A stretch of DNA of 27,516 nt from IMG/VR virus record IMGVR_UViG_3300032219_000626; one strand, given 5' to 3'. Below, piece by piece: positions 17,919 to 24,888 of this stretch. The position numbers and the translations under genes were made by a program. The stretch's first letter is position 1. Each line of letters opens with the position of its first letter. The notes beneath the pieces were generated by a model, which saw only the letters and a program-made list of their open reading frames with translations, did no database searches and had not been told where the DNA came from. Origin of the DNA: an uncultured virus (IMG/VR IMGVR_UViG_3300032219_000626). Taxonomy: Duplodnaviria > Heunggongvirae > Uroviricota > Caudoviricetes.

Positions 17919-19689
17919 TGAGTTCTTTGAAGTTCTAAAGAACAATAACTTTGCTGAAACACCAGTAGATGCTCGCACATTCGTAGAGGGTGCAGATTAT
18001 TTAGGACAGCCACCGTTGTCTGAAGTTCAGTATGACATTGTTGAAGCAATGAGTCAAATCTATAAGCTAGAAGATTTGATTGACATTATGGGCGACACAG
18101 AAGGTCGCAGGTACTACAAGAAATACACAAAGAATGAGGTTATCCTACAGCTTGGTAAAGGTTCTGGAAAAGACTTTACATCTACAGTAGCGTGTGCATA
18201 TATTGTTTACAAACTACTTTGTCTTAAAGACCCAGCACGATATTTTGGAAAGCCATCTGGTGACGCTATTGACATCATCAACGTTGCTATTAACGCACAA
18301 CAGGCAAAGAACGTTTTCTTTAAGGGATTTAAATCTAAGATTGAACGCTCGCCTTGGTTTGCTGGAAAGTTTTATGCCAAGGCAGACAGCATTGAGTTTG
18401 ACCATTCCATTACGGTTTATTCTGGTCACTCAGAGCGTGAATCTCACGAGGGTCTTAACTTGCTTCTAGCAGTGCTTGACGAGATTTCTGGTTTTGCTCA
18501 GGAAGTGAATACTGGAAATGACCAAGGTAAAACTGCTGACAACATCTACAAAGCCTTCCGTGCTTCAGTAGACTCTCGTTTCCCAGACCTAGGCAAAGTA
18601 GCCCTGCTATCATTCCCTCGTTACCCAGGAGACTTTATCTCTCAAAGATACGATGCTGTAATTGCTGAGAAGGATGTTATAACAAAGACTCACAAGTTTA
18701 TTATGAATCCAGACTTGCCAGAAGATGCAGAAGGAAACTCGCTAGATATTGAGTGGGATGAAGACACGATTGTTTCATACAAGTATCCAGGTGTGTTCGC
18801 ACTTAAGCGACCAACCTGGGTTGTAAACCCTACTCGTAAGATTGACGACTTCAAGCTTGCATTCTATACAGACCTTGGCGATGCCATGCAACGCTTTGCC
18901 TGTATTCCAACCTATGCTTCAGATGCATTCTTTAAGCAGCAGGAAAAGGTTAGAGCCTGTATGACTACTAGAAATCCACTAGATAGCATCAGACGCTTTG
19001 ATGAAACGTTTGTGCCAGACCCAGACAAGACCTACTTTGTTCATGCTGACCTTGCCCAGCGACACGACAAGTGTGCTGTTGCCATTGCTCACGTAGAAAA
19101 GTGGGTATCTGTTCAAGTAATTAAAGACTATGAACAAGTAGTCCCAGTAGTTGTAGTAGACGCTGTAGCATGGTGGGAGCCTCGTAGAGAGGGTCCTGTA
19201 AACCTATCAGAGGTTAAGCAGTGGATTCAAAACCTACGGAGACTGGGATTTAACATTGGCTTAGTATCTTTTGACCGATGGAACTCCTTCGATATCCAAA
19301 ATGAACTTAAGTCTGTTGGAATTAGAACTGATACTGTTTCTGTTGCAAAGAAGCATTATGAAGATATGGCTATGCTAGTTTACGAAGAGCGTTTAGTTAT
19401 GCCAAATATTGAACTTCTGTTTGAAGAGCTAACTGAGTTAAAAATTGTTAAGAACAATCGTGTAGACCACCCTCGTAAATCTTCTAAGGACTTGGCGGAT
19501 GCTGTGTGTGGAGCAGTGTTTGGGGCTATCTCACATACCCCTAGAAACGTTAATCAACAGGTAGATATTCATACATTTAGGGACAGACCAAAGGTAGACA
19601 AAAACACATTGCCAGAAAACACAATTGTCTTTGAACCAAAGCTTCAAGAAGAGGCTAAAGAGTATTTATCTCAATTCAACGTGCTATAA
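17902..19689 (+). CDS. terL: Terminase large subunit
   Basis: Walker A LGKGSGKD, Walker B LAVLDE, coupling motif LSFP, nuclease domain HADLA...FDRWNS...DHP...KDLADA. Confidence 0.92.
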   Translation: MSTMFNEFFEVLKNNNFAETPVDARTFVEGADYLGQPPLSEVQYDIVEAMSQIYKLEDLIDIMGDTEGRRYYKKYTKNEVILQLGKGSGKDFTSTVACAYIVYKLLCLKDPARYFGKPSGDAIDIINVAINAQQAKNVFFKGFKSKIERSPWFAGKFYAKADSIEFDHSITVYSGHSERESHEGLNLLLAVLDEISGFAQEVNTGNDQGKTADNIYKAFRASVDSRFPDLGKVALLSFPRYPGDFISQRYDAVIAEKDVITKTHKFIMNPDLPEDAEGNSLDIEWDEDTIVSYKYPGVFALKRPTWVVNPTRKIDDFKLAFYTDLGDAMQRFACIPTYASDAFFKQQEKVRACMTTRNPLDSIRRFDETFVPDPDKTYFVHADLAQRHDKCAVAIAHVEKWVSVQVIKDYEQVVPVVVVDAVAWWEPRREGPVNLSEVKQWIQNLRRLGFNIGLVSFDRWNSFDIQNELKSVGIRTDTVSVAKKHYEDMAMLVYEERLVMPNIELLFEELTELKIVKNNRVDHPRKSSKDLADAVCGAVFGAISHTPRNVNQQVDIHTFRDRPKVDKNTLPENTIVFEPKLQEEAKEYLSQFNVL

Positions 19690-19690
19690 T
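19682..19690 (+). promoter_or_regulatory. Extended -10 promoter (TGCTATAAT) overlapping the terL stop codon
   Basis: Perfect TGn-TATAAT; ATG 19697 lies six nt downstream. Confidence 0.65.
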
Positions 19691-19706
19691 ATTAGCATGA
19701 GGAACT

Positions 19707-19874
19707 ATGGTCAACCGTAACTGGCAACCATTTCATATGCGTGAAAGCCAACATTTACACCTCAGAAGACCTAGAAACCTGCTCAAAAGCCAACAAAAAA
19801 TAAGTCCTACAAGATACGATAGGCAAAGCAAGATGCCACCAAGTAATCAAAATCAAAATTTGTCTTACCAATGA
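19707..19874 (+). CDS. Small basic hypothetical protein (55 aa), not in the ORF track
   Basis: GAGGA RBS, then MVNRNWQPFHMRESQHLHLRRPRNLLKSQQKISPTRYDRQSKMPPSNQNQNLSYQ*; fills the gap between two promoters. Confidence 0.5.
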   Translation: MVNRNWQPFHMRESQHLHLRRPRNLLKSQQKISPTRYDRQSKMPPSNQNQNLSYQ

Positions 19875-19883
19875 TGGTATAAT
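19875..19883 (+). promoter_or_regulatory. Extended -10 promoter (TGGTATAAT) for the PA14 cassette
   Basis: Followed by a small hairpin TGGGGAACTTCCCCA (19892-19906) and an AGGAG RBS (19909-19913). Confidence 0.7.
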
Positions 19884-19922
19884 AATACTGTTGGGGAACT
19901 TCCCCACTAGGAGAACGGAAAA

Positions 19923-22361
19923 ATAAAAAAACTTATACACACAGTGCTAGTAATAATGCTAGCTTTAACCCCACTGATGATGTCTAGTCCTGCATTTGGT
20001 ATAACCAAAGCAGAGTACGAGACACTACTCGCTGAAGCACAGCAAAAAGTTGATGCAGCACAAGCAGAACTAGAGCAGCAGCAACAAGACTTAGTAGCCC
20101 TAAATAACTCAAAGACAGCCACAGAAACGTCCCTAGGAGACGCTCAGAAGGCTCTAGAAGACGCTCAAGCGTCACTTAACGTAGCAATTGAGGCTAATAA
20201 TACACAGTCTCAGAGAGTCGCAGAAGCACAGCAAAGCCTTGCCAATGCACAAGCCCTGGTAGAACAAAAGCAATCCGCACTTGAAGAAATCTCTCAAGAC
20301 ATCCTAGCAAAATCTTCGCAGGTAACTGTAGCATCCCAAGAACTAGATGAAGCCACACAAGACATGGACAAAGCATTTACCGACATGATAAACTCTGAAG
20401 AATCTTTAAATGATTTAACTCTCCAAAAACAACAGTCAGAACAAGACTATAGCGTAGCAGTAAACGAATATAACGTAGCATTGCTAAACTACAACCTATC
20501 AGTAGGAACGGTACACGAGAAGGGTGCAAATGTTGATAGCACATCTGTGGCATACAATCAATCACTAGCAAACTTGCAAGTTAAGTTAAACAATCTTACA
20601 CAGGCACAGTCTGCTGTAGATACTGCACAATACAACTACAACAATAACCTTATTGCAGTTTATCCACCCAATGCACAGCCAACCATTGCTGGGCTAAGAG
20701 CAGACATTTATAGACAGATTTCATCACCAAATCCAATTCGTTCAGATACAGCATACACATTTTGTAAGACAATAACTGTTACTCAAATTAACAAAGATTG
20801 GGGTGGCGGAAACATTGAGGGTTGTGGCGGTGACTACATTATGATTCACTACAGAGGATACCTCACGGTCCCAACTACAGATAATTATGAGTTTCTTGCT
20901 ATGGTTGACGATGGCTGGCATATGACAATTGGTGGAACGGTCGTAAATGATAACTGGACACTAAAAGGGTGTGGTGGTAACTGGAGCAATCCTATTCCAC
21001 TACAGGCAGGACAATCATACGCTATTGATGCATGGATGTTTGAGTGGGGTGGTGGAGCCTGTAACATTCTTTACTACTACACTGATAGGGGATGGGGTGT
21101 GGTTCCTGCAGCCTGGCTCTCACAGAATCAACCTGTACAGCCAACCTATGAATATGACCCAGCACTACTATCAATCTTGCAGCAAAAGCAAGCACTACTT
21201 GCAACTGCACAGCAAGAGTATAATGCTGCCATGACAGCTTCGACGGTAGCCAATGATGACTACGTTGATGCTATTGACAAATACGATGCTGCTATTGAAG
21301 ATTGGCAAAACAAACAAGACATTCTTGAACAGAAAGAACAAAATAAAATAGACAAGAATGGAGCAGTTTTAACACTAGAGTCAATTCTTGTGATAGCACA
21401 GTCAGTCTTGCAAACGCTACAAACAGAGTACGCACAAAAACAATTAAACGTTGCACAAAAACAACTAGAATTAACTACAGAACAGTCGGAATTGAATGAA
21501 TTAAAAGATAGTTTAGATAATATGGTTGCTATAATTGAAGATAGTACAACGATTATAAATCAACTTCAAGATATTTTGGATGCAGAGGCGGTAGTTAAAG
21601 AGCAAACACAGCTCACCGTCGAAGAGCAAGAGATAGTAGTATCAAACAACACACAGTTAACAAATACTATTAGGCTGGAACTACAGGCAGTTGAGCAAAG
21701 AGTTTTCGTAAAGCAACAAGCAGTGACAGAAAAATATGAATTACTACAAAAAGTAAAAGAGGAATTAAAGAAGATTCCAGTTTATGAAGAGCCAGTAATT
21801 GAACCAACCCCAGAACCAACAGAACCGCCAAAGCCTACCCCAACCCCAGAACCAACTCCAACACCAGAGCCAGAACCAACCCCTGAACCTACTGGAGACC
21901 CAAACATTCCAGAAGTAATTGAAGACCTAACCAAGGTTGACCTAGAGGCGGTAGTTGCAACAAACCTAACAGAAGCACAAGTAGAACAACTTACAGAAGC
22001 AGCAATGGAAACATTTGAGACAGCAACACAAGGCTCACCAGAATATGAACAGGCTCTTGATGCCTTATTCCTAGTAGCCCAAGCTGACGACATCGTAGTA
22101 GATGAAGAATTGGCTGCTGTTCCAGTACTTGGAGCAACAGTTGTAGCACTTACAGAAGCCCTTAACTTTATGGGTAACGTAGGTTCAGATATGTCGCCAC
22201 AGGTGCGTGAAGAATCTAAGAAGATAGTTGTTACAGCAGTTGTTGCAGTTGGAGCAGCAGTAAATGCAGCAACAGGAGCAGCTTTAACAGCAGCAGCCCC
22301 TGCAGCTGGAGCAGGAGCACCATCAGGTGGCTCAGGCGGAACAACAAGAAGGAGGATATAA
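19923..22361 (+). CDS. Secreted, membrane-anchored coiled-coil protein with a central PA14 domain and Pro/Thr/Glu linker
   Basis: Signal peptide (I/M)KKLIHTVLVIMLALTPLMMSSPAFG; long Ala/Gln/Glu heptad coils on both sides of a PA14 domain (GLRADIY...INKDWG...IHYRGYL...YEFLAMVDDG...FEWGGGA...VVPAAWL); EPTP repeats; hydrophobic C-terminal helices and RRRI tail. Start is ATA 19923 (proposed) or GTG 19944. Confidence 0.8.
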   Translation: MKKLIHTVLVIMLALTPLMMSSPAFGITKAEYETLLAEAQQKVDAAQAELEQQQQDLVALNNSKTATETSLGDAQKALEDAQASLNVAIEANNTQSQRVAEAQQSLANAQALVEQKQSALEEISQDILAKSSQVTVASQELDEATQDMDKAFTDMINSEESLNDLTLQKQQSEQDYSVAVNEYNVALLNYNLSVGTVHEKGANVDSTSVAYNQSLANLQVKLNNLTQAQSAVDTAQYNYNNNLIAVYPPNAQPTIAGLRADIYRQISSPNPIRSDTAYTFCKTITVTQINKDWGGGNIEGCGGDYIMIHYRGYLTVPTTDNYEFLAMVDDGWHMTIGGTVVNDNWTLKGCGGNWSNPIPLQAGQSYAIDAWMFEWGGGACNILYYYTDRGWGVVPAAWLSQNQPVQPTYEYDPALLSILQQKQALLATAQQEYNAAMTASTVANDDYVDAIDKYDAAIEDWQNKQDILEQKEQNKIDKNGAVLTLESILVIAQSVLQTLQTEYAQKQLNVAQKQLELTTEQSELNELKDSLDNMVAIIEDSTTIINQLQDILDAEAVVKEQTQLTVEEQEIVVSNNTQLTNTIRLELQAVEQRVFVKQQAVTEKYELLQKVKEELKKIPVYEEPVIEPTPEPTEPPKPTPTPEPTPTPEPEPTPEPTGDPNIPEVIEDLTKVDLEAVVATNLTEAQVEQLTEAAMETFETATQGSPEYEQALDALFLVAQADDIVVDEELAAVPVLGATVVALTEALNFMGNVGSDMSPQVREESKKIVVTAVVAVGAAVNAATGAALTAAAPAAGAGAPSGGSGGTTRRRI
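21801..21893 (+). repeat. Coding low-complexity repeat (EPTP)n
   Basis: Recurrent GAACCAAC(C/T)CC units encoding EPTPEPTEPPKPTPTPEPTPTPEPEPTPEPT. Confidence 0.8.
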
Positions 22362-22362
22362 T

Positions 22363-22542
22363 ATGAAGAAATTTTTAAACGATATGCTTGGTCAAGCTTG
22401 GACACTCCTTGGTATGTTTGTTGCCTGGCTTGTCCTTGAAGGCTCGGCAAAAGAAATTGTAGGATGGGCAATCCTTGGCACAATGGGTGTCTGGGTTCTA
22501 TCCTACCCACTCAGAAATTCAGCAGATAAGGAGGAGGAATAA
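22363..22542 (+). CDS. Small two-TM membrane protein (59 aa)
   Basis: AAGGAGG RBS before ATG 22363; MKKFLNDMLGQAWTLLGMFVAWLVLEGSAKEIVGWAILGTMGVWVLSYPLRN. Confidence 0.8.
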   Translation: MKKFLNDMLGQAWTLLGMFVAWLVLEGSAKEIVGWAILGTMGVWVLSYPLRNSADKEEE

Positions 22543-22543
22543 T

Positions 22544-22816
22544 ATGGAAGAAGATTATGGCGTAACAGGTGGATGGTCCACCCTTAAAAACGTTCTTTGG
22601 AGAATCCTTGCAGTATTTGCTGCATCAGGTCTAAGCGTACTTGGTGCTGGTGCTGTAGTTGGCGTAGACCTACTCTCAGCAGTTGCTATGGCAGGTATCA
22701 TCGGTGTTGCTACTGTGGTTGAAAGACTTGCACGAGCATTCCTTGACGATGGTAAACTAGACATGGATGAAATCAATGCAGCGTTTGCCAAGGTAGACAA
22801 GAACGACGGAAAGTAA
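22544..22816 (+). CDS. Small two-TM membrane protein (90 aa), holin-like, with a degenerate EF-hand-like loop
   Basis: GGAGG RBS before ATG 22544; two Gly/Ala-rich hydrophobic helices, then FLDDGKLDMDEINAAF. Confidence 0.75.
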   Translation: MEEDYGVTGGWSTLKNVLWRILAVFAASGLSVLGAGAVVGVDLLSAVAMAGIIGVATVVERLARAFLDDGKLDMDEINAAFAKVDKNDGK

Positions 22817-22824
22817 TCTCCTAG

Positions 22825-22853
22825 TTGACAACCCTCTCTGGTTGGTGTATAAT
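22825..22853 (+). promoter_or_regulatory. Perfect consensus promoter TTGACA-17-TATAAT
   Basis: -35 at 22825-22830, -10 at 22848-22853, intergenic. Confidence 0.85.
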
Positions 22854-22878
22854 GTATATACTACCTAGAGAGGGTTTT
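22830..22878 (+). terminator. Long imperfect hairpin, possible terminator or RBS-sequestering stem
   Basis: AACCCTCTCTGGTTGGTGTATA-ATG-TATATACTACCTAGAGAGGGTT pairs at 21 of 22 positions (three G-U) and ends in a run of four T. Confidence 0.55.
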
Positions 22879-22881
22879 GCT

Positions 22882-23082
22882 ATGACTATAGAACGTCAAG
22901 TGTTCACAGATGAACAAATAGAAGAAGCAGCTACTTGGCTACAAGTTGGCATTGAAAAGGGATGGATTACAGAAGGATTCTGTATGACCCACGATGGCGA
23001 TAATTTTATGACAGCCGAAGAAGAGGCTGACTGGGAAGAAGGCGGAGACCCTTGTTGCCCTGTAGTGAAATGGTTAGTCTAA
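22882..23082 (+). CDS. Small acidic Cys/His protein (66 aa)
   Basis: GAGGG RBS; FCMTHDG...WEEGGDPCC putative metal site; start reassigned to ATG 22882. Confidence 0.7.
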   Translation: MTIERQVFTDEQIEEAATWLQVGIEKGWITEGFCMTHDGDNFMTAEEEADWEEGGDPCCPVVKWLV

Positions 23083-23418
23083 TTGCAGGACATTAGACCG
23101 TGGGGTAACTACGAAGTCATTAAGACAGGCGATGGTTATCAAGTTAAAATATTAAACATTTATGCTGGCAAGCGACTAAGCCTACAAACACACAGGCATC
23201 GTAGCGAGACTTGGTATGTCGTATCTGGCAAGGGTACTGCACAAGTCCGTGGAGCAAACCTACCACTGTTTGCAGGAATAGTAATACAAGTTCCCAAGAA
23301 AGCAGAACATAGAATCACTGCCAAGACTGATTTAAAGATTGTAGAAATTCAGGTCGGCTCATATCTTGGAGAAGACGACATCATCAGACTTGATGATGAT
23401 TACGGTCGTATAGTATAA
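23083..23418 (+). CDS. Cupin, mannose-6-phosphate isomerase type II C-terminal domain
   Basis: RPWGNY...QVK...RLSLQTHRHRSETWYVVSG...HRI...IVEIQVGSYLGEDDIIRLDDDYGR. Confidence 0.92.
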   Translation: MQDIRPWGNYEVIKTGDGYQVKILNIYAGKRLSLQTHRHRSETWYVVSGKGTAQVRGANLPLFAGIVIQVPKKAEHRITAKTDLKIVEIQVGSYLGEDDIIRLDDDYGRIV

Positions 23419-23419
23419 T
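23390..23419 (+). promoter_or_regulatory. Promoter (TTGATG-18-TATAAT) for the tRNA cluster
   Basis: -10 at 23414-23419 contains the cupin TAA; tRNA-Asn starts eight nt later. Confidence 0.6.
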
Positions 23420-23427
23420 AGATGTAT

Positions 23428-23499
23428 TGACCATTAGCTCAACGGCAGAGCAGAGAGCTGTTAACTCTAAGGTTTCTGGTTCGAATCCAGGATGGTCAG
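23428..23499 (+). tRNA. tRNA-Asn (GTT)
   Basis: Acceptor TGACCAT/ATGGTCA, D arm GCTC/GAGC, anticodon loop CTGTTAA, T loop TTCGAAT; no encoded CCA. Confidence 0.93.
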
Positions 23500-23502
23500 C
23501 AT

Positions 23503-23576
23503 GGCTTCATAGCTCAGTTGGTTAGAGCACCACCCTGTCACGGTGGGGGTCGTCGGTTCAAGTCCGATTGGAGTCG
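23503..23576 (+). tRNA. tRNA-Asp (GTC)
   Basis: Acceptor GGCTTCA/TGGAGTC, anticodon stem CCACC/GGTGG with loop CTGTCAC, T loop TTCAAGT; no encoded CCA. Confidence 0.93.
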
Positions 23577-23577
23577 C

Positions 23578-23697
23578 ATGGTTAATGAAGTATATACAAA
23601 AGATGGATACCTTTGTCGAAAGCATCGTGCTAGGTTCAAGGGTAGCTATTGTATGCGTTGCTACATTGAGCGTAGAAATAAAGAGCTAAATAAATAA
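23578..23697 (+). CDS. Zinc-finger-like micro-protein (39 aa) between tRNAs, not in the ORF track
   Basis: MVNEVYTKDGYLCRKHRARFKGSYCMRCYIERRNKELNK*, with CxxH-x8-CxxC; fills almost the whole inter-tRNA gap. Confidence 0.55.
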   Translation: MVNEVYTKDGYLCRKHRARFKGSYCMRCYIERRNKELNK

Positions 23698-23702
23698 ACT
23701 AT

Positions 23703-23775
23703 GCCACCTTAGCTCATTCGGTAGAGCAACGCACTTGTAATGCGTAGGTGGTGGGTTCGAATCCCACAGGTGGCT
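23703..23775 (+). tRNA. tRNA-Thr (TGT)
   Basis: Acceptor GCCACCT/AGGTGGC, anticodon stem ACGCA/TGCGT with loop CTTGTAA, T arm GTGGG-TTCGAAT-CCCAC; no encoded CCA. Confidence 0.93.
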
Positions 23776-23789
23776 CTATTATACTGAGG

Positions 23790-23795
23790 TATAAT
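23790..23795 (+). promoter_or_regulatory. -10 box (TATAAT) upstream of the M23 gene
   Basis: GGTATAAT followed by an AAGGAGG RBS and ATG 23819. Confidence 0.55.
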
Positions 23796-23818
23796 AAATA
23801 TAAGGAGGTCATTTAATT

Positions 23819-24469
23819 ATGGCAAAAACACAATGGGCAATTGATGGCACATTTGGCAAGACCTTTAAGATTACTTCTCCATTTGGTTGGAGAGTAGACC
23901 CACTAGGTCGTGCTCCAAAGAAGCATCACAACGGCATGGACCTATGGGGTGCTGCAGAAGTGATTTATGTAGAGGCTTTCCACGATGGAAAAGTTCTATT
24001 TGCTGGACCATCAAAGCGTAGAAAAGAAGACGGTAGCGTTGGTGGCTTTGGCTATCACGTTGTTGTGCAACACAAGATTAATGGCAAGTTTTATACTTCC
24101 TGTTACGCTCACCTTAGAGAAGGCTCTCTAAAGGTTAAGGTCGGACAGAATGTTACTGCTGGAACTGTTCTTGGTGTCATGGGAACTACTGGTGATTCAA
24201 CTGGTAAGCACCTACACTGGGAAATTTGGCAGGGTAAGACTCACGGTTGGTCTGCTGATGGCAAGGGTTTCGTAGACCCATTTGAGTTTGTAAAGGCTCT
24301 TATTCTTAAGGAACGTGCTGAAGCAGCAGGTAAGGACGCAACTCCTGACGATGCTCCAGTGGCAAAGGCTCCTGTACACGGTACTGCTCCAAAAGCAAAG
24401 CCAGCTGCAAAGCCAGTAGCACCAGTTGCTAAGAAGCCAGCACCAAAGACGGCACCAAAGGCACAATAA
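23819..24469 (+). CDS. M23 family peptidase (candidate endolysin) with a Pro/Ala/Lys-rich tail
   Basis: ITSPFGWR, HNGMD (HxxxD), YAHL, VKVGQ.V.AG, GTTGDSTGKHLHWE (HxH), VDP. Confidence 0.92.
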   Translation: MAKTQWAIDGTFGKTFKITSPFGWRVDPLGRAPKKHHNGMDLWGAAEVIYVEAFHDGKVLFAGPSKRRKEDGSVGGFGYHVVVQHKINGKFYTSCYAHLREGSLKVKVGQNVTAGTVLGVMGTTGDSTGKHLHWEIWQGKTHGWSADGKGFVDPFEFVKALILKERAEAAGKDATPDDAPVAKAPVHGTAPKAKPAAKPVAPVAKKPAPKTAPKAQ

Positions 24470-24645
24470 TGCCAAGCTACAATTACAATTGTCCTCAATG
24501 TGAGGCGGTACTTACTGTAACTCGTTCTATTATGGAGGCTGACCCTGGGTATGAATGCGGTACTTGCAAAATTGCAATGACTCGTGTATACTCAGTAGGA
24601 GCAATAACATTTAATGGTAGCGGATTTTACAGTAAGGACAAGTAA
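24469..24645 (+). CDS. FmdB-family zinc-ribbon protein (58 aa), not in the ORF track
   Basis: MPSYNYNCPQC...ECGTCKIAMTRVYSVGAITFNGSGFYSKDK matches the MP.Y.Y.CxxC...CxxC...F.GSGFY..D family pattern; TAATG coupling. Confidence 0.88.
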   Translation: MPSYNYNCPQCEAVLTVTRSIMEADPGYECGTCKIAMTRVYSVGAITFNGSGFYSKDK

Positions 24646-24864
24646 TTGGTAGATGTTAAAGAGTGGTCGCTCACAGGACTAGACCGCTGTGATTCTTGCG
24701 GAGCACAAGCTTATGTTCATGTCAAGGGTATCTCAGGGGAACTAATGTTCTGTGGGCATCACTTTAACAAAGCAAACGGAGAAAAACTACAAGCATTTGC
24801 ATTTGAGATTATTGACGAGCGTGACCGCTTGATTCAAAATAAATCTCAGGGTGATGATTACTAG
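24646..24864 (+). CDS. Small zinc-binding protein of an actinobacterial type (72 aa)
   Basis: LTGLDRCDSCGAQAYV...LMFCGHH...IIDER. Confidence 0.75.
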   Translation: MVDVKEWSLTGLDRCDSCGAQAYVHVKGISGELMFCGHHFNKANGEKLQAFAFEIIDERDRLIQNKSQGDDY

Positions 24865-24867
24865 TAG

Positions 24868-24873
24868 TATAAT
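24868..24873 (+). promoter_or_regulatory. -10 box (TATAAT)
   Basis: Intergenic; followed by an AGGTG RBS and ATG 24889. Confidence 0.5.
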
Positions 24874-24888
24874 TATATTAGGTGACAA

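Noticed and set aside
6029..19689. Inteins or introns in dnaB, dnaE, recA or terL
   Set aside because: All four ORFs are continuous and of ordinary length, with no intein splice motifs or LAGLIDADG insert seen.
19944..21790. Tape measure or tail fibre identity for the 805-aa coiled-coil protein
   Set aside because: It has a signal peptide, Pro/Thr linker and membrane anchor, and lies outside the tail module.
22736..22780. Canonical EF-hand in the 90-aa membrane protein
   Set aside because: Only loop positions 5-12 (DGKLDMDE) fit; positions 1 and 3 are Ala and Leu, so it is recorded as degenerate only.
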